32,000 bases of DNA from Pseudomonas aeruginosa (GTDB taxonomy: Bacteria; Pseudomonadota; Gammaproteobacteria; Pseudomonadales; Pseudomonadaceae). Shown here piece by piece: positions 21,436-28,939 of this stretch. The first letter of the stretch is position 1, and every line of letters begins with the position of its first letter. The notes beneath the pieces are model-generated. The model saw only the letters and a list, made by a program, of their open reading frames with translations. It made no database searches and was not told where the DNA came from. The stretch covers positions 4,050,001 to 4,082,000 of the forward strand of contig NZ_LN831024.1 of assembly GCF_001457615.1 (NCBI RefSeq), written 5' to 3'. A program made the position numbers and the translations under genes.

Positions 21436-23370
21436 TCAGCGGCCCTTGCCGGCCGGCCCCGGCCGGCTCAGCAGGAGGTCGTCCGGTCCGTCGATCTCGA
21501 TGAAGCGACCGCTTTCCAGCGCCTCCTCCAGCGGCGTGCCGGCGAGCACGTCGGCCTTGCGCAGGGCGCTGGAGAAACGCAGGTCGGCGCTGGCTTCGAC
21601 CTTCGCCAACGGCACCTGGTAGGTCTTGAACGCACCGTAGCGGAAGCCTTCGCTGGGCATCATCCCTTCCTGCCCCAGCAGGTAGGCGGACACTCCCAGT
21701 TCGCCGCTGTCGGCGTCGATCATCGCCACCACCTTCCAGAACTCCAGCGGCACCTGCACGCCCTGGTAGAGCGGATCGTCGTCGCGGAACACCGGGCCGG
21801 TGAACACCGAGATGCGGAAGCCCTCGCTCCTGGCGTTCTGCAGCACGTAGTCCTCCAGCGACAGCCAGCTGCGCTGGTTGAGCTGCGCCACCTGGGGCAC
21901 CGCGTTGGTGTAGACGAAGGTGTCGTCCTCAGCCTGCCGGGCGACGGCATCGCTGTCGCCCCAGCCGGGATCCTCGCGACGCACCATGTGGCCCTTGTCG
22001 AACGAAGCCGGGCCGTAGAAGTCCTTGTGTCCGACCTGCGCGGCCGCCTCGATGCGCGGGTCGAAGCCCCAGGAATCCTTGCGCTTGAGCGAACGCTTGA
22101 GCGCGCCGTCGATATTCACCGCGGTGAGGATCGGCAAGCGCCGACTGGCGCTCATCACCACCGAGAAATGCAGGTAGTCCAGGCGCATGCCCTTGCCCAC
22201 CGGCAGCACCTGGTGGCTCTTGCCCGGCTTGGGCAAGGCCGCCTTCGGCCCGAGGAAGGCCTCGTCGAAACCCTTGCGCTCGGCCAGGTCGGCGACGCTG
22301 CGCTGCTTTTCCTGGAAGCGCGGCACGCCGCGCTTCAGCTCCGCCCCGGCCACCGGCACCCAGGCGCGACGCGCCAGCAGGCTGCGGATCACGCTGGCCT
22401 TCACCGCATAGTTGGTCTTGCGGAACTGGCCGCCGAAGTGCAGGCCGACCACCTCGCCGCCGTCGATCGAAAGCACCGCCGAGCCGGAATTGCCGCCCAG
22501 GGTCGAGCAGTCGTGGGTCAGGTACCAGGCGTCATGGGGCAATCCCACGACTTCGCCGGGAGCGAAGCGCTTGACGTCGTAGATGTTGCCGAAGATATCT
22601 TCCATCGCCCCGGCGTCGTTGCGGCTGTCGCGCGCCGGATAGCCGACCACCGCCACCGCCTGGCGCGGCTCGGCATCCTGGCGCGCGAGGACCAGCGGCG
22701 GCGGCAGCAGGTCGCCCTTCACTACCTGGAGGATCGCCATGTCCGGCGCCTCGGAGACGTCCGGGGCGATCCACAGGACCCGCGCGATCACATGCTCGTC
22801 GCTTTCCGGCTGGCGGTATTCCTCGCGGAAGTCCACGCGGGTGCGCACCTGCTTGCCGGCCTGGTTGAGACGGAAGCGGAACAGGCTGCCCTGGCGCTCG
22901 GCGAACAGGCTGGCGACATGCCGGTTGGTGACGATCAGGTCGTCCTCGATGCGCCAGCCGGTACCGCACCAGTCCATGCTGTCGTGGTCGATCAATTCCA
23001 ACCGACCGACCGAGCGGATCGGCGTGGCCAGCGCGGCGCGATGCTTCTTCAGGCGCTGCTCCAGGCCGGCCAGCGGCGCTTCGTCGAAGATACCGTTCTT
23101 CACCAGCAGCACCGGCCGGCTCTTGAGCAGGACGATCGCCTCGCTGAAGCGCCGCGAGTCGAAGAACGAGGCGTCGGATTCCGGCGACACGCTCTTGCCC
23201 AGGTGGTCGGCGATCTGCTCGCGGCTGGCGTTGTACGCCGGCACGTTGCTCCACTCACCGCGGGCGGCGAGGTGGGCGAGTTCCTCGCGGGTGCCCTTTT
23301 CCTTCAGTACCGAGCAGACCCGCAGTTCTTCCGGCGTGGCCCGCCGGGGGTTGCGCTTGCGCATGGCCAT
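21436..23370 (-). CDS. fusion protein: trypsin-like (S1) serine protease domain plus DNA/RNA non-specific (DRGH, beta-beta-alpha-Me) endonuclease domain
   Basis: 644 aa. Protease triad candidates are H151 (TNRHV), D210 (DMAIL) and S295 (GGNSGSAV). The nuclease motifs FDKGHMV (aa 457-463) and TNAVPQVAQLNQRSWLSLEDY (aa 488-508) closely resemble Serratia NucA DRGH...NITPQ..LNQGAWARLED. No N-terminal signal peptide is visible. Confidence 0.85.
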   Translation of the reverse strand: MAMRKRNPRRATPEELRVCSVLKEKGTREELAHLAARGEWSNVPAYNASREQIADHLGKSVSPESDASFFDSRRFSEAIVLLKSRPVLLVKNGIFDEAPLAGLEQRLKKHRAALATPIRSVGRLELIDHDSMDWCGTGWRIEDDLIVTNRHVASLFAERQGSLFRFRLNQAGKQVRTRVDFREEYRQPESDEHVIARVLWIAPDVSEAPDMAILQVVKGDLLPPPLVLARQDAEPRQAVAVVGYPARDSRNDAGAMEDIFGNIYDVKRFAPGEVVGLPHDAWYLTHDCSTLGGNSGSAVLSIDGGEVVGLHFGGQFRKTNYAVKASVIRSLLARRAWVPVAGAELKRGVPRFQEKQRSVADLAERKGFDEAFLGPKAALPKPGKSHQVLPVGKGMRLDYLHFSVVMSASRRLPILTAVNIDGALKRSLKRKDSWGFDPRIEAAAQVGHKDFYGPASFDKGHMVRREDPGWGDSDAVARQAEDDTFVYTNAVPQVAQLNQRSWLSLEDYVLQNARSEGFRISVFTGPVFRDDDPLYQGVQVPLEFWKVVAMIDADSGELGVSAYLLGQEGMMPSEGFRYGAFKTYQVPLAKVEASADLRFSSALRKADVLAGTPLEEALESGRFIEIDGPDDLLLSRPGPAGKGR

Positions 23371-23411
23371 GTCCCTCGCTGGGCGGATATCCCTGGCAGG
23401 AGTCTAGCCGA

Positions 23412-23434
23412 GGGACATGACAGGGCCATGTCCC
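23412..23434 (-). terminator. hairpin downstream of ilvA2
   Basis: GGGACATG (23412-23419), 7-nt loop, CATGTCCC (23427-23434). No clear U-tract follows. Confidence 0.3.
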
Positions 23435-23455
23435 GCTGGCGCACCGCCGCGCAGC

Positions 23456-25003
23456 TCAACCGGCGAACAGCCGGTAGGCCGGGTTGTGGGTTTCCTCCCA
23501 GTACGGATAGCCGATGGCTTGCAACGCCGCCTCCAGCTCGCCGCGCTCCTCGTCCGGCACCTGCAATCCGGCCAGCACCCGACCGTCGGCGGCGCCGTGG
23601 TTGCGGTAGTGGAACAGGCTGATGTTCCAGCGCGAGCCGAGCTTGTCGAGGAAGTTCAGCAAGGCCCCGGGGCGTTCGGGAAACTCGAAGCGGAACAGCC
23701 GCTCGCGGCGCACCTCGGTACCGTGGCCGCCGACCATGTGGCGGATGTGCAGCTTGGCCATCTCGTTGTCGGTCAGGTCGAGTACCGGGAAGCCCTGCTC
23801 GCGCAGGCCGGCGAGCAGGTCGGCGCGGCTGTCGATGAGCGGATGGGTCTGCACGCCGACGAACAGGTGGGCCTGGCGGTCGCTGTGGTAGCGGTAGTTG
23901 AACTCGGTGATCTGGCGCCGGCCCAGCGCCGCGCAGAAGGCCTTGAAGCTGCCCGGCCGCTCGGCCACGGTGACGGCGATGATCGCTTCGCGCTGTTCGC
24001 CCAGTTCGGCGCGCTCGGCAACGTGGCGCAGGCGGTCGAAGTTGATGTTGGCACCGGAGTCGATGGCCACCAGGGTCTGCCCCTCGGTGCGTTCGCGGGC
24101 CACGTACTTCTTGATCCCCGCTACGGCCAGGGCGCCGGCCGGCTCGGTGATCGAACGGGTGTCGTCGTAGATGTCCTTGATCGCCGCGCAGATTTCGTCG
24201 CTGCCGACGGTGATCACCTCGTCGACATGGTCCTTGCAGACCTCGAAGTTGCAAGCGCCGATCTGCGCCACCGCCACCCCGTCGGCGAACAGCCCGACCT
24301 GGCCCAGCACCACCCGTTCGCCGGCGGCCAGCGCCGCCTGCAGGCAGTTGGAATCCTCCGGCTCGACGCCGATCACGCGAATATCCGGACGCAGGTGCTT
24401 GACGTAGGCGGCGATCCCGGCGATCAGGCTGCCGCCGCCGACCGGCACGAAGATCGCGTCGAGGCGGCCGCTGTGCTGGCGGAGGATCTCCATCGCCACC
24501 GTGCCCTGTCCGGCGATCACGTCCGGATCGTCGTAGGGTGGGACGAAGGTCATGCCTTCGCGCTCGGCCAGTTGCAGGGCATGGGCCAGCGCATCGGGGA
24601 AGGCGTCGCCGTGCAGCAACGCCTCGCCGCCGCGCGCCAGCACGCCCTTGACCTTGAGCTCGGGAGTGGTGCGCGGCATCACGATCACCGCCCGCACGCC
24701 CAGGCGCTGCGCCGCCAGGGCCAGGCCCTGGGCATGGTTGCCGGCGGAGGCGGTGATCACCCCGCGAGCCTTCTGCTCGTCGCTCAGGCGCGCGACACGG
24801 GTGTAGGCGCCGCGGATCTTGAAGGAGAACACCGGCTGCAGGTCCTCGCGCTTGAGCAGCACCCGGTTGCCCAGGCGCTGGGACAACTGCGGCGCGACCT
24901 GCAAGGGGGTTTCCACGGCGACGTCGTACACCGGCGCGGCCAGGATGCTTTCCACGTAGCCGGCCAGCAGGGGTTTGCTTGCGCTGAGGGTCGAGGCGCT
25001 CAT
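23456..25003 (-). CDS. ilvA2: biosynthetic-type threonine dehydratase (threonine deaminase) with C-terminal regulatory domains
   Basis: In-frame ATG at 25003 of ORF 23456..25078, with GGAGG 7 nt upstream. PLP-lysine motif FSFKIRGAY and GGGGL-type loop PVGGGSL. At 515 aa it includes the two ACT-like regulatory repeats. The symbol is from remembered synteny (PA1326). Confidence 0.9.
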   Translation of the reverse strand: MSASTLSASKPLLAGYVESILAAPVYDVAVETPLQVAPQLSQRLGNRVLLKREDLQPVFSFKIRGAYTRVARLSDEQKARGVITASAGNHAQGLALAAQRLGVRAVIVMPRTTPELKVKGVLARGGEALLHGDAFPDALAHALQLAEREGMTFVPPYDDPDVIAGQGTVAMEILRQHSGRLDAIFVPVGGGSLIAGIAAYVKHLRPDIRVIGVEPEDSNCLQAALAAGERVVLGQVGLFADGVAVAQIGACNFEVCKDHVDEVITVGSDEICAAIKDIYDDTRSITEPAGALAVAGIKKYVARERTEGQTLVAIDSGANINFDRLRHVAERAELGEQREAIIAVTVAERPGSFKAFCAALGRRQITEFNYRYHSDRQAHLFVGVQTHPLIDSRADLLAGLREQGFPVLDLTDNEMAKLHIRHMVGGHGTEVRRERLFRFEFPERPGALLNFLDKLGSRWNISLFHYRNHGAADGRVLAGLQVPDEERGELEAALQAIGYPYWEETHNPAYRLFAG

Positions 25004-25407
25004 CGGCTGGCCTCCGCGCTCGCCGCCACCGAGGCCAGCAGGTCGGTGCCGTAGGAGTTGTCCACCGCGCAGCGCCACTGGCCATCGGCCTCCTGGCGGA
25101 ACACGTAGGTGGCCCGACGTTGCAGGCGTCCGGCCTTCGACTCGATCACCGCCTCGGCCATGACCAGCGCCGTATCTCCCGCCTCGATCACCCGTAGGTC
25201 GTGCTGGCGCACTCGCAGGCTGTGCTCGAAGTGCCGGGCGATGGCGTCGAACGCCTGGCGGATCTGCGCCTTGCCGCAGGCGTTGAGGCCCGGCTTGACC
25301 ACCAGGGTGGCGTCGTCGCAGTAGAAATCCATCAGGGCATCGAACTGCCCGGCATTGATCAGGGCGTCGGCCCGGCCAACGAGGTTCTGGAGGGTCTGGT
25401 GCTGCAT
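25000..25407 (-). CDS. NTF2-like / SnoaL-like (DUF4440-type) small protein
   Basis: 135 aa with GGGAG 6 nt upstream. Its stop overlaps the ilvA2 start (ATGA at 25000-25003). The sequence pattern (FYCDDATLVV...RATYVFRQEADGQWRCAVDNS) is typical of the NTF2-like fold. Confidence 0.8.
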   Translation of the reverse strand: MQHQTLQNLVGRADALINAGQFDALMDFYCDDATLVVKPGLNACGKAQIRQAFDAIARHFEHSLRVRQHDLRVIEAGDTALVMAEAVIESKAGRLQRRATYVFRQEADGQWRCAVDNSYGTDLLASVAASAEASR

Positions 25408-25440
25408 GCTGTTCTCCCGGTTCGGTGGTTTTGGCCCAGG

Positions 25441-25475
25441 AGACAGAACGAAGAACCCGCCTCGAGGGCGGGTTC
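25441..25475 (-). terminator. intrinsic-terminator-like hairpin inside the 5' leader of the NTF2-like/ilvA2 operon (attenuator)
   Basis: Minus-strand RNA reads GAACCCGCC-CUCGA-GGCGGGUUC followed by UUCGUUCUGUCU. The stem is 9 bp and perfect. It ends ~45 nt upstream of the operon start codon. Confidence 0.5.
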
Positions 25476-25489
25476 GGAGTGGACGCTGG

Positions 25490-25555
25490 CTAACCCGCCA
25501 TAGCTGGAATGGCGGTAATAATGCTGCGGCGGGTAAGCAGGGTCGCGAAGGTCAT
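25490..25555 (-). CDS. candidate 21-aa leader peptide MTFATLLTRRSIITAIPAMAG
   Basis: ATG at 25555 to TAG at 25490-25492 on the minus strand. It contains 3 Ile (all AUU) and 4 Thr codons. It overlaps three sequence blocks that can each pair with, or compete for, the terminator arm. No Shine-Dalgarno is visible, and the putative promoter would leave a very short 5' UTR. Confidence 0.4.
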   Translation of the reverse strand: MTFATLLTRRSIITAIPAMAG

Positions 25556-25563
25556 GGGTATCG

Positions 25564-25593
25564 AAACTACGGCGCAGGCCCGTTGGCTGTCAA
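25564..25593 (-). promoter_or_regulatory. sigma-70-like promoter for the leader/ilvA2 operon
   Basis: On the minus strand, TTGACA (25593-25588), an 18-nt spacer, then TAGTTT (25569-25564). Confidence 0.35.
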
Positions 25594-25615
25594 GCGGTCC
25601 GGCCGCGCCGGCAGG

Positions 25616-25645
25616 AAAAAGCCCCTGCCGCGATGGCAGGGGCTT
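25616..25645 (-). terminator. rho-independent terminator of the PA1323/PA1324-like operon
   Basis: Minus-strand RNA reads AAGCCCCUGCC-AUCGC-GGCAGGGGCUU followed by UUUUU. It starts 28 nt after the stop at 25673. Confidence 0.85.
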
Positions 25646-25672
25646 GCCGTTTTGGCCGAACACCGCCGGAGG

Positions 25673-26185
25673 TCAGCGGGTCAGCAGCACCTTCTGCGGC
25701 TGCGAGCCGCTCACGGTGACCAGCTTGGTGACGGTGCCGCCCTCGGTGATGGTCTTGCCATCGCTCTGGGCGCTCCAAGTCAGCTCGCTGGAAATGTAGT
25801 AGGTGCCGTTGGGGATGTGGTCGAAGTCGAAGCGACCGTTCTGGTCGGTGGTCGCCTCGCGCACGTAGGTGGCGCGTCGCGGGTCGAGCACCGGCGGTTG
25901 CACGTCGGGATCGCGCTTGGCGGCATCGAGGTTACCGAACTTCGCGTAGTAGGCCTTCATGTAGCTGGTCGCAGGCTCCAGGGTGACCTTGGTGTTGGTC
26001 CCCTTCTGGATCGCACCCGACGCGCTGGTCAGGTACAGGTCGCCGTTGATCACGCCCTCTCCCACCTGCTGGGTCGCCGCGTATTCATGCTCCGGGAAAT
26101 CCGGCAGGTCGTTGGGATTGGAGGCGCAGGCCGCCAGGGCCGCGGTCATGGCCAGGAGGCCGAGGTTCTTCTTGATCGAAAGCAT
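25673..26185 (-). CDS. lipoprotein with carboxypeptidase-regulatory-like / prealbumin-like fold (PA1324-like)
   Basis: The ORF track start at 26191 is a TTG. ATG at 26185 has AAGGAA 6 nt upstream and gives 170 aa. Lipobox LAACA. The C-terminal part (TDQNGRFDFDHIPNGTYYI) is typical of CarboxypepD_reg-like beta-sandwich domains. Confidence 0.85.
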   Translation of the reverse strand: MLSIKKNLGLLAMTAALAACASNPNDLPDFPEHEYAATQQVGEGVINGDLYLTSASGAIQKGTNTKVTLEPATSYMKAYYAKFGNLDAAKRDPDVQPPVLDPRRATYVREATTDQNGRFDFDHIPNGTYYISSELTWSAQSDGKTITEGGTVTKLVTVSGSQPQKVLLTR

Positions 26186-26244
26186 GGGCAATTCCTTTTT
26201 TCAAGCGAAGGTAACGAGTCCGTTGTGCGGCACCGACCGCGTGC

Positions 26245-26577
26245 TCAGGAGCGACGCCCGAGCAGGAAGCCGGCGAGCAGGCCCACCGCGGTGGTGATGG
26301 CCACGGTCTGCCAGGGATTGGCGCCGATATAGCTTTCCGTCGCATCCACCGCGTGGCGGCTGCGTTCGGCCACGGCGCTACCGCCCTTGCCGAGGGCATC
26401 GTTGGCCTTCTCCAGCAGCGCGCCGATCCGCGCACGGGCGCTATCGGCCTTGTCGCCGGCGAAGGCGGCGCTGTCGGCGAGCATGCTGTTGGCTTCGGAG
26501 AGCAGTTCCTGCAGCTCGCTGTAGCTCTGGTGCTGAATCTGCTCGAGGTTGTCTTTCACTGCGTTCTTGCGTGCCAT
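26245..26577 (-). CDS. ElaB/YqjD/DUF883-family tail-anchored membrane protein
   Basis: ATG at 26577 (GGGAG 8 nt upstream) within ORF 26245..26607. Helical N-terminal part plus a C-terminal TM anchor (PWQTVAITTAVGLLAGFLLGRR). Confidence 0.85.
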   Translation of the reverse strand: MARKNAVKDNLEQIQHQSYSELQELLSEANSMLADSAAFAGDKADSARARIGALLEKANDALGKGGSAVAERSRHAVDATESYIGANPWQTVAITTAVGLLAGFLLGRRS

Positions 26578-26612
26578 CGAAGAGGCTCCCTGAAAAATGA
26601 CTTGCAAAGGAG

Positions 26613-26641
26613 TTGATAGGCGCCGCAGTGAAAAAGTTCAG
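26613..26641 (-). promoter_or_regulatory. possible promoter of the ElaB-like gene with RpoS-style -10 context
   Basis: On the minus strand, CTGAAC (26641-26636), a 17-nt spacer, then C-TATCAA (26618-26613, with C at -13). Confidence 0.2.
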
Positions 26642-26657
26642 AGGAAATCGCCGGGAA

Positions 26658-26689
26658 GAACCGGCGCCCAGGCAGTGAGCGCCGGCTTC
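26658..26689 (-). terminator. terminator-like hairpin after pfuA
   Basis: Minus-strand RNA reads GAAGCCGGCGC...GCGCCGG-UUC followed by UUCCCGGCGAUUUCCUCU. One bulge; moderate U content. Confidence 0.4.
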
Positions 26690-26705
26690 CATGGCCTGCC
26701 TGCCG

Positions 26706-28904
26706 TCAGAACGCGTAGATCGCCGAAAGAATCGCCGTGCGACCGTCGCCATACTCGATGGCCGAGGAGCGCGACTGGTTGCCGTACACCTGGCGCACCC
26801 GCTCGACGTAGGCCTTGTCGAACAGGTTGTCGAGGTTGAGTTGCAGTTTCAGGTCGCGCGTCGCCTGGTAGCCGAGCATCATGTTGTGCACCCAGTAGGC
26901 ATCCAGCTTGCCGTTGTCCACCGAGGTGACGTTGCGCTGGCTGACGTAGCGTGCGCCATAGCCCAGGGTCACGCCCTCGGGCAGTTCGTAGGTGCTCCAG
27001 AGGCTCAACGAGCGCGGCGGGGTATTGCCCAGGGCCTGTCCCTCACGCTGCGGGTTGCTGGATTTCAGGGTTTCGCTGTCGAGGTAGGTGTAGGTGGCGA
27101 AGAGGTCCCAGTGCTCGTTCAGCTTGCCGCTGGCGCTCAGCTCCAGGCCACGCACGCGCTGTTCGCCGGCAAGCACGTAGCTGCCGTCGGCCAGGCGTTC
27201 GCGAGCGTCTTCCTTCTTCACCTGGAACAGCGCCGCGTCCAGCTCCAGGCGCCGTCCGAGGAACTCCCACTTGGTGCCCAGCTCGTAGGTACTGTTCTTC
27301 TCCGGCGCCAGGCCTCCGGTCGCCTCGGTCACGCCCGAGCCGGTAGTGACCAGGTGTTCCGCCGAGGGGTTGAAGGAGGTGCCGTAGGAGAAGTACAGCC
27401 GCCCGTTCTCCAGCGGCTTGAATACCAGCCCCGCCCGAGTGCTCAGCTTGCCGTCGGAACTGTCGGCGCGCACCGTCGGCTTGCCTGAGGGCGTGCTCCG
27501 CGAGGTGCCGTCGATCCAGTCGTAGCGCAGGCCCAGGCTGAGGTCCCAGCGCTCGTCCAGGGCGATGGTGTCGAAGGCGTACAGCGCCTTGACCTCCAGT
27601 TCGGTCCGGTTGCGCGCGCTGTCGCGCTTGTCGGTGGGGCCGTTCCAGTAGCCCGGCGGGTTGTGCAGGTCGAAGCCGTTGGCCGGGTAGAACTTGCCCA
27701 GGTTGTAGGAGTAGGTGGTGCGGTCGTAGGTCTCGCGGGACAGCTCGAAGCCGCCGATCAGCGTATGCGCCAGGCCGAAGGTATCGAAGCGGCCGGTGAG
27801 GTTGGTCTGGTTGATCCACATCCGCGTCTTCGAATCGCGCCCGTAGGCTTGCGGTCCCGCCGGCAGGTAGCGACCCGGCGGCAGGCCCTTCTGGTTGACG
27901 TGGGAGGCGGAGATCACCGTGTCCCGATGCAGGTGGGAATAGCGGATGAGGTTCTGCAACTGGAAGTCGTCGCTGAAATCGTGTTCGAGCTTGAGGGTGG
28001 CGACGTCGTTGTCGATCCGTTCCTCGTCCAGGTTGCGCCAGCCGAAATAATCGTGGCGGCTGACGCCGTCCAGCTTGCGCCCGTTCAGCGCCGGCACGCC
28101 ATAGTCGGGAAGGTTGTCGTCGCGCTGGTGGAAGTAGCTCAGGGTCAGGCGGGTCGGGGTGTCCAGGCCGAAGGTCAGGGATGGCGCGATGCCCCAGCGC
28201 TGCTTGTCGATCTGTTCGCGCCCGGCGACGTCGTTGTGGTGGGCCATGAGGTTGAGGCGGAAGGCGGTCGATTCGCCAAGCCCTTCCAGCGGCTGGTTGG
28301 TGTCCAGGGTCAGGCGCCGGTAGCGGTCCGTGCCCAACCCGGCGCCCAGGTGGGTGAAGGCTTCGGCCTTGGGCTGCTTGCTGACCATGTTGATGCTGCC
28401 GCCGCTGGTGCCGGCGCCGCCGAACACCGAGTTCGGTCCCTTGATCACTTCCACCGCCTCCAGGTTGAACAGGTCGCTGCGGCTGGTCTGGGCGCTGTCG
28501 CGCAGCCCGTCCACCTGCATGTTGGCGTTGGCGCTGAAGCCGCGGATGTTGATGCTGTCGCCGGAACCGCCGCCGCCCTCGCCGGCGTTGAAGGTGATGC
28601 CGGAGACGTTGGACAGCACCTGGCGCAGGCTCAGGGCGTTCTGCTCCTGGATCACCTTTTGCGGCACCACCGTGACGGTCTGCGGGGTATCCAGCAGCGG
28701 CACGGCGTACTTGGCCGAGGCCGAGCGTTCGACCCTGGACGAGGCCTGCTCGCCGGTGACCGTGTCGGCTCCCAGTTCCAGGGGATCGTCCTTGCGCGCC
28801 GCGTCCTCGGCCAGGGCCGGCGAGGAGCAGGCGGCCATCAGCAGCATCAGCGGCGCCAGCGGGCGTTTGGTGGGCAAGGGGGACGGCTCGTTGCGACGAT
28901 CCAT
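26706..28904 (-). CDS. pfuA: TonB-dependent ferric-siderophore outer membrane receptor
   Basis: ORF 26706..28916. I prefer ATG 28904 (GGAG 6 nt upstream) over 28916 (no SD). Signal peptide, plug domain (TonB box region DTVTG, then NIRG) and a C-terminal beta-barrel ending in ...AIYAF. The symbol is from remembered synteny (PA1322). Confidence 0.85.
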   Translation of the reverse strand: MDRRNEPSPLPTKRPLAPLMLLMAACSSPALAEDAARKDDPLELGADTVTGEQASSRVERSASAKYAVPLLDTPQTVTVVPQKVIQEQNALSLRQVLSNVSGITFNAGEGGGGSGDSINIRGFSANANMQVDGLRDSAQTSRSDLFNLEAVEVIKGPNSVFGGAGTSGGSINMVSKQPKAEAFTHLGAGLGTDRYRRLTLDTNQPLEGLGESTAFRLNLMAHHNDVAGREQIDKQRWGIAPSLTFGLDTPTRLTLSYFHQRDDNLPDYGVPALNGRKLDGVSRHDYFGWRNLDEERIDNDVATLKLEHDFSDDFQLQNLIRYSHLHRDTVISASHVNQKGLPPGRYLPAGPQAYGRDSKTRMWINQTNLTGRFDTFGLAHTLIGGFELSRETYDRTTYSYNLGKFYPANGFDLHNPPGYWNGPTDKRDSARNRTELEVKALYAFDTIALDERWDLSLGLRYDWIDGTSRSTPSGKPTVRADSSDGKLSTRAGLVFKPLENGRLYFSYGTSFNPSAEHLVTTGSGVTEATGGLAPEKNSTYELGTKWEFLGRRLELDAALFQVKKEDARERLADGSYVLAGEQRVRGLELSASGKLNEHWDLFATYTYLDSETLKSSNPQREGQALGNTPPRSLSLWSTYELPEGVTLGYGARYVSQRNVTSVDNGKLDAYWVHNMMLGYQATRDLKLQLNLDNLFDKAYVERVRQVYGNQSRSSAIEYGDGRTAILSAIYAF

Positions 28905-28920
28905 GAAGTACTCCATCTTG

Positions 28921-28939
28921 GTTATTGAGAATCATTGGC
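28921..28939. promoter_or_regulatory. Fur box upstream of pfuA
   Basis: GTTATTGAGAATCATTGGC matches the 19-bp consensus GATAATGATAATCATTATC at 14/19 positions, with a perfect core GAGAATCATT region. It lies 5-17 nt upstream of the candidate start codons. Confidence 0.6.
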
